Below, piece by piece: positions 54,101 to 62,062 of a stretch of DNA of 64,000 nt. This stretch comes from Podarcis muralis. Lineage: Eukaryota. The stretch covers positions 39,928,001 through 39,992,000 of the forward strand of contig NC_135660.1 of the NCBI RefSeq assembly GCF_964188315.1, written 5' to 3'. The position numbers were made by a program, and so were the translations under genes. Within the stretch, counting starts at the first letter, position 1. Each line of letters begins with the position of its first letter. The notes under the pieces are model-generated. The model saw nothing but the letters and a program-made list of their open reading frames with translations. It had not been told where the DNA came from and did not search any database.

Positions 54101-54415
54101 ATCTATGAATGTCTGTGTAGTCTGGATGATTTTTGCTGCTTTGAGCTTATTCCATAATTATTTGCTACAATGTCAAGCTCTATGACCTTACTGCTTTGTG
54201 TTTGAGGTACTACATTTGTCATGTTGTCATTTATCTCGAATTCCATTTTTAATATTCAGCTGTGTAGTGTTCTGCTCTTGACTAGCTCTTTGTGGGCTAA
54301 GATTATTATTCGCATTCTTTTTCAGGACCTAGGAGTGACCAAAGTGGGCCATATGAAGAGGATATTACATGGGATCAAGGAACTGAGCAGGAATATTCCT
54401 GCCAGCGAGGCTTAA
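2086..54415 (+). CDS. DGKD: Diacylglycerol kinase delta, spliced CDS lacking exon 1 (29 exons, 3501 nt, 1166 aa + TAA); PH-C1-C1-catalytic(a/b)-SAM
   Basis: All 29 exons have AG/GT boundaries with matching phases and join into one ORF. Diagnostic motifs: YYAKTAK, two C1 HxW...C motifs, [27 protein letters not shown], and SAM ending [12 protein letters not shown]. The C-terminus matches delta (human KELSRSAPAVEA) rather than eta or kappa. Confidence 0.97.
2352..2481 (+). mobile_element. L2-type LINE 3' tail with (ATT)n microsatellite (2435-2481)
   Basis: gaagccgcccagagtggctgggg matches the tail of the L2 at 16908-17305 in reverse complement. Confidence 0.75.
2601..2763 (-). mobile_element. 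Decayed tRNA-derived SINE (related copy at ~33440-33635)
   Basis: Reverse complement starts with a tRNA-like B-box region; shares its body with 33440-33635. Confidence 0.5.
3763..4004 (+). mobile_element. Tc1/mariner (Tigger-like) MITE, 242 bp
   Basis: TIR CAGTGGTACCTCGGGTTA / TAACCCGAGGTACCACTG; TA target duplication on both sides. Confidence 0.92.
4544..4624 (+). CDS. DGKD: DGKD exon 3 (SIIFDEVDL...NNSFT)
   Basis: ttcccag|TCA...ACG|gtagga, 81 nt. Confidence 0.96.
6197..6466 (+). mobile_element. tRNA-derived SINE, Squam3-like (lacertid type)
   Basis: A-box TGGTGTAGTGG, B-box-like GGTTTGCATC, body ...CAGAGTGTTTGTTGTGGGG..., (CTT)n-like tail. Confidence 0.85.
7072..7114 (+). mobile_element. 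BovB (RTE) 3' end fragment
   Basis: cccatgaggtcacaaagagtcggacacgactaaacaacaacaa. Confidence 0.75.
7506..7622 (-). mobile_element. BovB (RTE) 3' end fragment
   Basis: (GTT)n TTAGTCGTTTAGTCGTGTCCGACTCTTCGTGACCCCATGGAC is the reverse-complemented BovB terminus. Confidence 0.85.
8100..8346 (+). mobile_element. L2-type LINE 3' fragment (tail-only relative at 29683-29820)
   Basis: ...ccctgagacctctgggtatagggcagtatataaattcaataaataata tail; matches the reverse complement of 40821-41128 in part. Confidence 0.75.
10379..10714. mobile_element. Short palindromic (hairpin) MITE-like element interrupted by a Tigger-like MITE
   Basis: Arms gtgcaatcctatgcatg ... TA[insert]TAtaggtctgcagcc; an uninterrupted relative lies at ~56915-56998. 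Confidence 0.65.
10458..10699 (+). mobile_element. Tc1/mariner (Tigger-like) MITE, 242 bp, second copy
   Basis: Same TIRs and TA TSD as 3763-4004; about 10 differences by eye. Confidence 0.92.
10998..11210 (-). mobile_element. Sauria SINE (Squam1-like), 3' half
   Basis: Reverse complement contains GCAAGTAGATAAATAGG, TTAGTCATGCTGGCCACATGACC and the CAGGGGTC...TTACC tail. Confidence 0.88.
11209..11584 (+). mobile_element. Sauria SINE (Squam1-like), near full length
   Basis: GCGGGTGGCACTGTGGTCTAAAC head, GTTCGAATC B-box, body and TTTACCTCTTACC tail. Confidence 0.92.
12842..12886. repeat. (CA)n microsatellite
   Basis: Direct reading. Confidence 0.98.
13063..13123. repeat. (TTCC)n microsatellite
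   Basis: Direct reading. Confidence 0.98.
14028..14987 (-). mobile_element. 5'-truncated CR1 LINE, relatively young; ORF2 RT C-terminal part
   Basis: 236-aa ORF 14814-14104 (KCKVLHLG...[13 protein letters not shown]...[12 protein letters not shown]). The upstream frame reads [13 protein letters not shown]...[10 protein letters not shown] with one TGA. (ATTCTATG)n tail; possible CATTT TSD. Confidence 0.95.
15535..15916 (-). mobile_element. Sauria SINE (Squam1-like), full length
   Basis: Reverse complement runs from GGGGACGCGGATGGCGCTG to ...GGGGTCCTTTACCCTT; TAAAA on both flanks. Confidence 0.93.
16908..17305 (-). mobile_element. L2-clade LINE 3' fragment with (AAT)18 tail
   Basis: Minus-strand frame ...[14 protein letters not shown]...[15 protein letters not shown]...[10 protein letters not shown], typical L2 ORF2 C-terminus. 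Confidence 0.9.
17880..17995 (+). mobile_element. L2-type 3' tail with (ATG)11
   Basis: gttagccgccctgagccc...gggcgggatataaataaaattt(atg)n. Confidence 0.7.
18266..18600 (-). mobile_element. L2-type LINE fragment containing (AC)n at 18332-18383
   Basis: Highly similar to 40821-41128; gagcattccacaa and cagaaaaggcc motifs. Confidence 0.8.
19700..19925. repeat. Unclassified interspersed repeat (second copy ~33200-33400)
   Basis: Shared tctgggg..gcctaaagccaaaat...ggtgggattgcc.aagtcattt block. Confidence 0.6.
22222..22299. repeat. Compound (ATT)n-(ATC)n microsatellite, tail of an L2-tailed element
   Basis: Direct reading; preceded by gagccactttgag...gatacaaat. Confidence 0.95.
23048..24180 (+). 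mobile_element. tRNA-Lys-headed, CR1-tailed SINE (Squam2-like) split by a hAT insertion
   Basis: CATGAGACTCTTAATTTCAGGGTCGTGGGTTTGAGCCCCAC (tRNA-Lys-like) ... GGGGGTTGGACTAGAT | GATCC...ATTCTATGATTCT. Confidence 0.8.
23148..24131. mobile_element. Non-autonomous hAT (Charlie-like) DNA transposon, 984 bp
   Basis: Perfect 16-bp TIR CAGGGGTCCTCAAACT/AGTTTGAGGACCCCTG; perfect 8-bp TSD GACTAGAT. Confidence 0.95.
24438..24503. repeat. Perfect 33-bp tandem duplication (x2)
   Basis: taccctactccttcaaatgatttatcttatctt repeated twice. Confidence 0.97.
26310..26445. mobile_element. Short hAT-like MITE (ggactacaactcccatca family)
   Basis: Inverted arms tttcccaacct / aggttggggaaa and actacaactccc / ggagttgtaat. 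Confidence 0.7.
26818..26922 (+). CDS. DGKD: DGKD exon 4 ([11 protein letters not shown]...REHFE, PH end)
   Basis: ttacag|GTC...GAG|gtaatg, 105 nt; follows a 22.2 kb intron. Confidence 0.96.
27742..27927 (+). mobile_element. CR1 3' fragment
   Basis: [19 protein letters not shown]...; ends tttctatgattctatt. Confidence 0.85.
28321..28453 (+). CDS. DGKD: DGKD exon 5 (C1A; STQYSMDHF...GLSCE)
   Basis: tttcag|TCT...GAAG|gtaaaa, 133 nt. Confidence 0.96.
29444..29550 (+). CDS. DGKD: DGKD exon 6 (CKFKAHKRC...IEDEDG)
   Basis: ttctag|TC...GGG|gtacgt, 107 nt. Confidence 0.96.
29919..30044 (+). CDS. DGKD: DGKD exon 7 (C1B; [12 protein letters not shown]...WCKAM)
   Basis: ttgcag|ATT...ATG|gtcagt, 126 nt. 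Confidence 0.96.
31447..31549 (+). CDS. DGKD: DGKD exon 8 (VHTSCRD...NSIDSD)
   Basis: tcccag|GTA...GATG|gtaggt, 103 nt. Confidence 0.96.
32294..32456 (+). CDS. DGKD: DGKD exon 9 (catalytic start; FWKATC...FVNSKSG...GGPHL)
   Basis: ctctcag|GG...CTCGG|gtaaga, 163 nt. Confidence 0.96.
32574..32813 (+). mobile_element. Tc1/mariner-type MITE, 240 bp
   Basis: TA|CAGTGAAACCTCGG ... TGAGGTTTGACTG|TA. Confidence 0.85.
33996..34104 (+). CDS. DGKD: DGKD exon 10 (ATP-binding GGDGSVGW)
   Basis: gtgcag|T...CAG|gtaatt, 109 nt. Confidence 0.96.
35333..35472 (+). CDS. DGKD: DGKD exon 11 ([16 protein letters not shown]...KMLD)
   Basis: atgtag|TGC...GACAG|gtaggt, 140 nt. Confidence 0.96.
36145..36229 (+). 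CDS. DGKD: DGKD exon 12 (WSIMVYE...FSEDSE)
   Basis: caatag|G...GAG|gtagtt, 85 nt. Confidence 0.95.
36671..36765 (+). CDS. DGKD: DGKD exon 13 ([10 protein letters not shown]...VISSA)
   Basis: gacaag|GTG...GCCAA|gtaagt, 95 nt. Confidence 0.94.
36858..36957 (+). CDS. DGKD: DGKD exon 14 (VLCETVKDF...VMARK)
   Basis: acttag|G...AAG|gtattt, 100 nt. Confidence 0.95.
37008..37056. repeat. (AC)n microsatellite inside DGKD intron 14
   Basis: Direct reading. Confidence 0.95.
37099..37372 (+). CDS. DGKD: DGKD exon 15 (CSVLKEKL...IIEHAEK)
   Basis: ttgcag|TGC...AAAG|gtaagg, 274 nt. Confidence 0.95.
38388..38628 (-). mobile_element. Tc1/mariner-type MITE, 241 bp, same family as 32574-32813 in opposite orientation
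   Basis: TA|CAGTGGAACCTC ... GAGGTTCCACTG|TA; the reverse-complemented end aligns with the start of 32574. Confidence 0.88.
39235..39396 (+). CDS. DGKD: DGKD exon 16 ([10 protein letters not shown]...GRSHRK)
   Basis: gtttag|CT...AAAG|gtaaaa, 162 nt. Confidence 0.94.
40469..40597 (+). CDS. DGKD: DGKD exon 17 (IKSPCERL...KIIYP)
   Basis: ttgtag|TT...CCCA|gtgagt, 129 nt. Confidence 0.95.
40821..41128 (-). mobile_element. L2-clade LINE 3' fragment
   Basis: Minus frame [36 protein letters not shown]. Confidence 0.85.
41205..41238. repeat. 17-bp tandem duplication
   Basis: cttttctgtattgtctc x2. Confidence 0.9.
42398..42494 (+). CDS. DGKD: DGKD exon 18 ([13 protein letters not shown]...NSEPEN)
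   Basis: tgacag|AT...AATCT|gtgagt, 97 nt. Confidence 0.95.
43223..43352 (-). mobile_element. tRNA-headed, CR1-tailed SINE remnant
   Basis: Reverse complement begins ctggatagctcagttggttagagtgtggtgctgataat; tail end ctagaatcatag. Confidence 0.7.
43590..43700 (+). CDS. DGKD: DGKD exon 19 (accessory catalytic start; [14 protein letters not shown])
   Basis: ttatag|T...TGCAG|gtaatc, 111 nt. Confidence 0.96.
44255..44351 (+). CDS. DGKD: DGKD exon 20 ([10 protein letters not shown]...KVLLE)
   Basis: tttcag|A...GAG|gtaatg, 97 nt. Confidence 0.96.
45318..45425 (+). CDS. DGKD: DGKD exon 21 ([13 protein letters not shown]...TKEDD)
   Basis: atgcag|TGT...GAT|gtgagt, 108 nt. Confidence 0.96.
46060..46173 (+). 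CDS. DGKD: DGKD exon 22 (TFTAPSFDD...HHRIAQ)
   Basis: tcttag|ACA...CAG|gtatct, 114 nt. Confidence 0.96.
46179..46808 (-). mobile_element. Solo LTR-like element (~630 bp), class uncertain (Gypsy-like)
   Basis: Minus strand TGT...ACA termini, purine-rich U3-like part, AATAAA (plus TTTATT 46242-46247) near the 3' end; TSD imperfect (GTATC / TTACC). Confidence 0.65.
47132..47266 (+). CDS. DGKD: DGKD exon 23 (CRTVKI...PVQVDGEAW...TRDR)
   Basis: tcatag|TGT...AGG|gtaaga, 135 nt. Confidence 0.96.
47861..48012 (+). CDS. DGKD: DGKD exon 24 (AFESTLKSW...GTLIH)
   Basis: ttccag|GCA...CACAG|gtgagg, 152 nt. Confidence 0.96.
48129..48240 (+). CDS. DGKD: DGKD exon 25 (IREIAQ...KSKSTE)
   Basis: ccacag|C...GAG|gtatgg, 112 nt. 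Confidence 0.96.
48371..48463 (+). CDS. DGKD: DGKD exon 26 (GLNCNL...GKMAL)
   Basis: ccacag|GGC...CTG|gtaagg, 93 nt. Confidence 0.96.
49610..49729 (+). CDS. DGKD: DGKD exon 27 ([10 protein letters not shown]...EPSDEE)
   Basis: atgcag|CAG...GAG|gtaaca, 120 nt; tandem CAGCAG acceptor. Confidence 0.94.
49989..50106 (+). CDS. DGKD: DGKD exon 28 ([15 protein letters not shown]...LGLP)
   Basis: ctgcag|AAC...CCGG|gtaccg, 118 nt. Confidence 0.95.
51133..51194. repeat. Compound (GT)n(GA)n microsatellite
   Basis: Direct reading. Confidence 0.97.
51605..51925 (+). mobile_element. Old CR1 3' fragment
   Basis: aactaagggtcacctgatgaagctg...aggacaaacaaaaggaagtacttcttcac...caggatgctggaccagatggacc. Confidence 0.75.
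52565..52695 (+). CDS. DGKD: DGKD exon 29 (SAM domain; HLWGTEEV...RRDLK)
   Basis: tgacag|TT...AAG|gtactt, 131 nt. Confidence 0.96.
53110..53398 (+). mobile_element. Old CR1 3' fragment
   Basis: ggatggctttaagaaaggattagag...caggatgctggactagatgggcc. Confidence 0.72.
54326..54415 (+). CDS. DGKD: DGKD exon 30 coding part ([29 protein letters not shown])
   Basis: tttcag|GAC...TAA, 90 nt. Confidence 0.96.
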   Translation, partial: DLGVTKVGHMKRILHGIKELSRNIPASEA

Positions 54416-57400
54416 CTTCTGTTTTCAGAGCCTGTATCTACCATTCCCCCTGATGTCTGCACAACTGACACCTCACAGAGCAGACTTGATCAGAATCGTC
54501 TCAAGGGATCAGCCAAACGCTAGCAGTGTTCAGAGCTCATATCCAACTTCTCTTGGTGCTACCATTCTGATGTGGGGTATACCACAATCCACTCAAGTGG
54601 TACCTTGTATTCAAAGCCAGTGTTACTTTGTCCTTAACAACCACCTCCTCAACACCTTTACTCAGGCCTGGGCACACTCACTGCATGCTAGACTTCATTC
54701 AGCCAACCCCAGTATACTAGCCCGTGGACCAAAAACTTTTTGTGGACCGTCACAGAAGCAAATGTTACCCTATGATCTAAGGATTGTGCCAGATATTAAG
54801 AGCTATGAAAGCACTCGTGCATGCAAGATGATAAAAATCAGCTGTTGAGAAGATTGTAAGCTAACTGTTTGGGACAACCTCAAATTAGGAAGGTTCTTTT
54901 TCAGTCTGTGCTCGTTCAGTGGTGCCAGATATAGTGGCGTGATATATCAGTGCAGAGTCTTTTTTTTCCCTTTCCAAGGATATAAGTTATCCTTAAACAA
55001 AAAAATTCTCAGTTTCCTGTGTTCCTGCTCTGTAATGCTTGTGGATGCCAAAGGAGTGGGATTGCATGTTGTTCTGGCTTAAAACATCAAGTGCCTAGAA
55101 ATACTGAACAATCTCAGAAGTACATCCAACATGGGAGAATATACTAATTCCTTATGACATTGCTTTGACTCTGATTCTACTAAGTTTTAAAAACATATAA
55201 TAGGATTCTCACTTCTGGAAACAATGAAGGAAGTTTCTGTGCATAGATTTAGGCAGGGTAAAATAATGTCTTTTTTTCATCACTGTTTCCCAGACTTTGC
55301 AAAGCCAGTGTATCGTTGCTTAAGATATACAGTACATAGCATTTTCTCTGTTTTAGGAGAACCACTGCCAAATTCTGATGTAGATCCACTGAATTTTACA
55401 GATTTCCCCCTTATGTGGTTATTTTATCATTCCATCAAGTCTTGCTTCTTTTGGGCCATTTCTTTTACAGTACAGGAGAACACTGACTATAGCTTTCTAT
55501 AAAGAAGACAAACTTGTAATACGATTTACAGAGGAAATCTTGAACCTGGGTTCTACATCTCTGGCTCTGTTCCATTACCACAGTTTTGCAGATACAGTTT
55601 GCCTTAATGGTGTAGATTACTCTCCCTGTACTGAATCTGGAGGATTGTAAATTGCAAGACACACAGGTATTCACTCACCAGAAAACTCAGTCTCCCAGTG
55701 CTTTCATTTTCTATTATGCTAATGTAGTTGTGCATTTGCCACCATCAAACAGAAGATAGTTAAAATTATTCCTGCACTTTATTAATGGTGATAACCACAT
55801 GGAAGCCTCTTTCATTTCCTGGTGAACTTCTCAGGGAGCAAAACCATCATATGATAACTTGGGAGAAAGATGCAGCAAAACAAATGGATATTTTCTATTC
55901 TTTTGTTGTGGATGAACTACAGTGCTTGTGTCTGTGCTTCTCCTAGAAATCTCATGTAGAAGCAAAGATGCTCTCGTTATTAGCTCCTGAGTAGATAAAT
56001 GGCTTAAGAGGACCAGCTTGGCTATAGTCCCTTGACTTGGATGCAGTCTGTATTGCAGCCAAGTGTCATCACCCTTTGATAAGAGCTATATTTGCAAGGA
56101 GTTCTGGATTGCATCATTGCAGTGCTCTCAAGGAATTAACTTTCTGCACTTGTATTGCCCCTTCAGCACATGCATTTCTTTGTAAGGATCACTTGACATT
56201 TTGGGTCTAAGGGTCAGGAACTTCCAAGACACATTCTAACTCTATATTAATTGCAACTGGAAATATGGTGGTCTCTTTGTGCAAAACAGGAGTCCTGGAT
56301 CCCAGACATTTTATAAAAATGTCAGTGCATCAGGTTGGCAAAATGAGTAACTACCAAAAGTTGTGCCTCTGGTATCTAGAGAGATTGTATTTATTGAAAG
56401 ATGTGTCTGCTAGCTAAGCAAATGCTATGAAAAGACTATGGAAGAAAGGCACACTGTTCACAATGGCATGGCAAGCTCGACATCTCACCTGTGAGAATTC
56501 AGAATTTCCATTATATAGTTTATGATTCTGTAAACGATGACACTTGAGGCGTAAGGTGACCCTACTATCTGGTCATCAGACATTTTACATCTTTGAAATA
56601 TTTTGAGTTGGAAACAAGGCATGGAGGAAAAATACAAAACTTAGGGTGTTTAATGTCTGTTTTGCTTGGCGCTACACTGGAATCATACCTGCTAGTGTTT
56701 TGTATTGGGTCCATTAAATTTCATTAAGCGTATATTGAATATATGTAAAAGAATTTATCCAAGAAAGTGCTAATCCTGAACTCCTTTGGGAAAAAGGGAT
56801 TGTATCTTATTAGCATGGCTCAGTATGTTTTTTTTAAAGCTGACATTACTTTTTAGTGCCCAAAATATCCATCTTTAGCTCAGTGCAGCTATTAAACACT
56901 AGACTTATGTCCAGTACAATCCTATGCATATTTACTTCAGAAATAAGTCCTGCTCAGTCGGACGGTTCTTTCAAGTAAATGTGCATAGGATGATTGCAGC
57001 CAAAGTTATTTATTCTGTTTAATCTTAGTGGGATATATTCACATTTTCAGTCTATGGACACTCAAGAAATATTAATTCCACTAGATTTTGCATCTCTGAT
57101 AGGAACTGTAAAGAGGCACTTAGTGCCAGTATCTCTTGAAAAGAAAAGCTCTGACCACCTATATCATATTAAAATTGTTTTTTTGAGTATTATTTAAAGG
57201 TGAATATAGTATGTGTGGTAAATTAAATACTGTTTACACAAAACTCCTTGTATCTTAAGAGATATTTGTGATGTAAAAAAAAAAGAAGAAAAGAAAGAAA
57301 AATGTTTTTATAAGTCATTTGATGTCTGTATTGTTGTCCACTGATGACTGTTCCCTCAGGGGTGTTGTAACAATTCCGGTGATCTGTCAAAAGCATAGGG

Positions 57401-57600
57401 AGGCATTTCAATCCTGTACAGTCTTGGGAAGAAGGTTTCGTGCCTTAAGAATAGAATGTGCTATTTATTATTTTAATTTATACAGTGATTACCATGGAGA
57501 CACCTCTTGTATGTACATATTTTGCAGCTGATTGTTGTAAATATATTGTTCTTGTATATAAAGAAAATCCTGTTTCCGAGCTTCCTATCAATAATGGATC
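54416..57600 (+). other. DGKD: Probable DGKD 3' UTR (end point uncertain)
   Basis: Repeat-poor AU-rich sequence after the stop. It ends near a cluster of three TGTAHATA motifs and variant poly(A) signals (TATAAA 57557, AAGAAA 57561). The 3' end is inferred only. Confidence 0.45.
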
Positions 57601-58019
57601 TGTTGCTATATTTATCAAGCAGGGAGTAGAATTTAACAGCAACTTGTAAAAAAATGAGACCAATCCCAAACTTTGTGCAGGGGGAGTTTGTTTTCAAGTG
57701 AAGAAATATATTTTCTGTGTTTGGTATTATAGCTATATTTCATCCAGCTGATTTTGCTGAATTGGCAGTATATGGGTTGCAGCCAACTAAATGTTACCCT
57801 GACAGATCTATTGAAATTAATGAATTCAAGTTCACAATGTTCATTAATTTCAGAGGGTCTGCTCACAACATTGGATACAACTCTTATATGTTTAAAACCT
57901 CATGGTCAAAACCATAAAACCATCATTCTGGTTTTAGTAGTTTTTGGTAGTCTTCTGCATAACAGAGAACTTGAGAGTATATCTTGTCCCTTTGGGTTTT
58001 CTCTTTATTAATTAGATTA

Positions 58020-58218
58020 GATTTATACCCTGCCATTCCTCCAAGAAGGTCAAGGTAGCATATATGGTTTCATCTCCATTTTTATCTTCACAACAACTTT
58101 ATGGGATAGGTTTGGCTGAGAGGAGTGACTGGCTTAATACCACCCACAGCACTTCATGCCTAAACAAGGATTTGAACCCAGGCTTTTCAGTCCTAGGCCA
58201 ACACTAACCACACTGGCA
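58020..58218 (-). mobile_element. Decayed tRNA-derived SINE (MIR/Squam3-like core)
   Basis: Contains ggatttgaacccagg (reverse-complemented B-box) and tttatcttcacaacaac. Confidence 0.6.
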
Positions 58219-58230
58219 TGAAGCAAAGAC

Positions 58231-58350
58231 TCATAGAATTGTAGAGTTGGAAGGGACCCCGAGGATCATCTGGTCCAACGCCCTGCAACGCAAGAATCTC
58301 AACTAGATCATATATGACAGGTGGCGATTCAACCTCTGCTTTAAAGCCTC
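58231..58350 (-). mobile_element. CR1 3' end fragment
   Basis: tcatagaattgtagagttggaagggacccc...aacctctgctttaaagcctc. Confidence 0.8.
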
Positions 58351-59061
58351 AATATTCCATATTTTCATATCAGTAAAACAGATGAGAAAAGGGTTGTCCA
58401 AGTGCCCCAAATAAAAGTTTATTGTAGAAAATCCCCAATAGGTTTCAGAAGAACTTTTCCTTCTTTAGAAACTAAGACACATACAAAAACATTTGTTTTC
58501 TTTAAGGCTTTCCCCTCCTTTTCATATTTTTTCATCACCACCCCAGGAAACTCTGGTAATTGAGATGTTAGGATACACAGAAATCTCCAATAAATATTAT
58601 TTCTTATCTCTGTCTTTACAAGGGCTGCAGCCATAACATACGGCTAATTTGCACCTAACAGTGAGAAGTAGACAGAGGTACAGAATGACTGTTAAATGAG
58701 AGCTGGCATATCCCTCTCTTCTTGTGACTGTTGCCCATCATACAAGATGCATTATGAGAGTACCATAAACATGTAAACAAAATTGAGGTAAGTCATGAAT
58801 AGAAACAAGAGGAATGAGGTGAGGTGTTGCAAGTTGTCCATAAACATTTAACTACCTTCATTAGGACTCATTTTGACCTACCTTGGACAGCTTTTTGTCT
58901 ACTTGTACTTATGGCACTGTAGCAGGAACCTGCTCTTCTGAGGAGTAATCAGGCACAGCTCTGATGCATTAAGCCAGTTTTTCCACAATGAACTACGAAG
59001 TTTAAGAATGGTATATACCAAAATCTTAATGTGGTAAGATGCACCCCACTTTATTATGTAT

Positions 59062-59330
59062 CCAATTTATATCCCATCCACCCTCCCAAAGGAGTCCAGG
59101 GGATCACACACATTAAAACAATTATCATTAAAAACAGTCTTTAAACAGTTTACAAATAATTGCATTCTCTCAGCCAGTGATTTCAGGGTTTTTCGGGAAC
59201 AGTATCTTTTCAGCCGTCAAATGCCTGGGTAAACAGGAATGTTTTCTAATTCTTCCTGCAAGTCGATAATGAAGGAGACGGACATCTGACAAGCAGGATA
59301 ACACCACTGAAGAGGCCTTTAGCAGGTCAG
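59062..59330 (-). mobile_element. Old L2-type fragment
   Basis: atttatatcccatccaccctcc tail and aatgcctgggtaaacaggaatgtttt. Confidence 0.55.
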
Positions 59331-60764
59331 TGCAAACCAGACAGCCCCCAGTGGTAGCACCACCAACAAGGCCTCACCTACCAGTGTAAGGATGTGAGGT
59401 GGTTGATATTGGGAGAGGTGCTCTTAGAAGTAGAGGCACGGGTCACTTGTGCAGTCTGACTTTACCATTCAGAGCTGTTGCCTCCTATGTCTTGGGCATC
59501 CTTGCTTTCAACATGTGACCGGAAGAGAGAGTGCCAAGGGCAAAGCTTTATACTTGGGCCATCATCACAAGGTGCTTCATTTGATTCCTCTTTGTCACTC
59601 TTAAATGTCCTGGGATGTGGCATGTCACTCCTGAGGCTCAATGTTTCTCATACTGCTGAGAAGCTCCTTTCTGCAAGCCATTTCACTGATGCTTAATGCA
59701 TATTCACTTTTTTCCCTGCATGCCATGGTCACAGAATGTCGAGAGCAACCCTTTTATGAGTGAGGATGCCTTGTGCAATCTGACCATCAGTTCCAGATGT
59801 TGCATCTATGGCCCTTTAGCAAAGCAAGACTTCCATGCAGTCCAGGATGGAGTATGATCTTTCATAATCCTACCCTGGATCCAGTATTAGTAACTGGATC
59901 ATCATATAGATGTAACTGGTTGTACCAAGTAATTCTCTCACTTTAGTTTTTAGGACAATACTTTCTAAAAATCCACTATTCTGTTGGTTACCATTTGGTT
60001 CTCCTGATTGCAACTGTTTCAGTACCCACTCCTATTTATCTACCTGCTTCCATCATTGAAAACAGACAAATTGAGGGTTTTTTTTAGCATATAGAAAATA
60101 ATGCATTTATTTCCAGGAGCCAGCATGGATTGATCAAGAATAAGTCATGCCCAGTGAATGTTTTGTCTCTCTTTTAAAAGAAAGGTTTACAGGTTTGGTA
60201 GATAGTGAAAATAGTGTTGTAAGTTTGGGCTGTTAAGATGTGTGCTGGGCTCTCCTATTCCTTGGATCAAGCAAGTGTTAGAATTTAATCAAGGGTTTTA
60301 ATTTTTGGAACGGCCAAGGTAGCTGCCTGCTGAGGGTGATAACCTGGATGAGGGGCCATTAAGGGGCTCGGTGTGAGACAGCAAATGGGTGGGGGCCACC
60401 CAACAGATAAAGCCAGAGAAGAGCAGTTATGTGACCTAGGAAGGAAAGCAGCAAGCTGGAGAGATAGGAGGAGAACAAAGTTAAAGAGCAAAGTTTGATG
60501 TATATTTGGGAGAAACAAGACCTCCTTGGGGTGTTGGTGCTGTGAGCTCCTCCATTGTAGCCTCCATATATCATAAAGACACCAGAGTCTCCACTCTGCC
60601 TCTTTTCCAAAAGGAAAGACCACCCTGGGTAAGTGCCTGGAACCTCTGGAATCTTAACAGCACTTGGAGATTGGGGTGGCGTGCAACAATACTGTGAGAA
60701 CAGTAAAGCATTTCCTATTATATCTTTGTTTACACAAGGATTAAAATGTAGACTGGACAGTATT

Positions 60765-61640
60765 ACTTATAGGTTGATCCAAGGCTGATTGAACAACCAT
60801 TCCCAGTGAATGTTCATGGCTCTGCATCAGCCGGGAGCGGAGGTCTTGAATGGAGTGCCATGGTGCTCAGTCCTTGGCCCTGTTCTGCACCACATCAAAT
60901 GGTGATGATGTAGAGAGGGTACTTCTTAACTGTGCAGATGATGCAAAGCTGGGAGGTATAGCTAACACAATAGAAAACAAAACCAACATTCAGGATAATC
61001 TTGTCAGGCTGGAACACTGGGCCAAAACTATTAAGATTAAACGCTATAGAGAGAAATGTAAAAGGTATTAAAAGTCAACGGCACAAGTATAGAATGGAGC
61101 AGATCTGGTTTGGTAACAGTACATTTGAAAGAGATCTAGGTGCCAGCAATATGATGCAGCTGCCTTCATAGAAGCACAGTGTTCAGATCCCAAGTAGCAT
61201 TTCCACTCTGTTCTGCATTGGCCCGTCTGCTTCCAGAGCACCATATCTAGTTCTGAGTATCACATTTAAAGAAGAACATTAACAATGGTCAGGATGGTGA
61301 GGGGTCTGGAAACAAGGTTGTGTGAGGAATGGTTGAAGGAGAAGGTTAACTTTATCTCAGGGAAGATAAGTTTTAGGGGAAGCCTCATAGCCACCTACAA
61401 ATACCTGAAGTTCTGTGATGCAGAAGAGAGCAGGACTAAAACCAATGGGTGGAAATTGCAAAGGGACAGATTTTGGCTAAACATTTAAGATCAGGTTACT
61501 AGTGAGAAGAGCTGTGTGAAAATTCAACAGGGGGCTTTCCTTTGCCAAAACACTGAACAAGTGAACATAGTAGATAGGAGAACCAAAATAAAATGGTAAA
61601 CTGTTTTGAAGGCAATAAAAACACCAGGAGAGGGAAGAAG
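60765..61640 (+). mobile_element. Heavily decayed CR1 ORF2 fragment
   Basis: Residual CADDAKLGG, RLEHWAK, MVRGLET and WKLQRDRFWLNI motifs across frameshifts. Confidence 0.85.
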
Positions 61641-62062
61641 GACAAAATAGAGACCAGTACACCAACATCATCCTTTCACAGGCATGGGTGCCATTCCAAT
61701 GCCTTGAGGGAAAGGATGTAAACGGACAATTGTAGCTCTCTAGTGCTCCCTTCTGGTTTCAACTTGAAATTGCTTGGTGGATAAAGATGGAACTTCAAAT
61801 GATTAAAATGGAAATGAAGTGGATTAGGTTTCTTTCTTCTAAGAAGGAGGAAATCCCACAAGGATTATGAACATAGCTGTGTTCATGGAATGCTAACATT
61901 TACTTCAGCTAGTCATTTACTTTAATTGGAGAAAAAGGCCAGGGGGGGGGGGGGAGAAATGTTTGAAAGCAAGTGATTCCTGGTCTTCCTTAATGCTCTG
62001 TAGAAATACCATAGAAGCAGTTTTTGTTTGACTGAAACAAAGGCTCTCTGAGTGTGTGTCTG

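Noticed and set aside
2086-54415. Alternative identity as DGKH or DGKK
   Set aside because: Despite the eta-like QRWK, exon sequences, YYAKTAK and the C-terminus match delta throughout
58410-58594. Canonical AATAAA at 58410 and 58589 as the DGKD 3' end
   Set aside because: They lie beyond SINE/CR1 remnants in AT-rich DNA; cannot be preferred over the 57560 cluster without 3'-end data
59440-59900. Possible decayed retroelement coding sequence
   Set aside because: No recognisable motif recovered by manual translation
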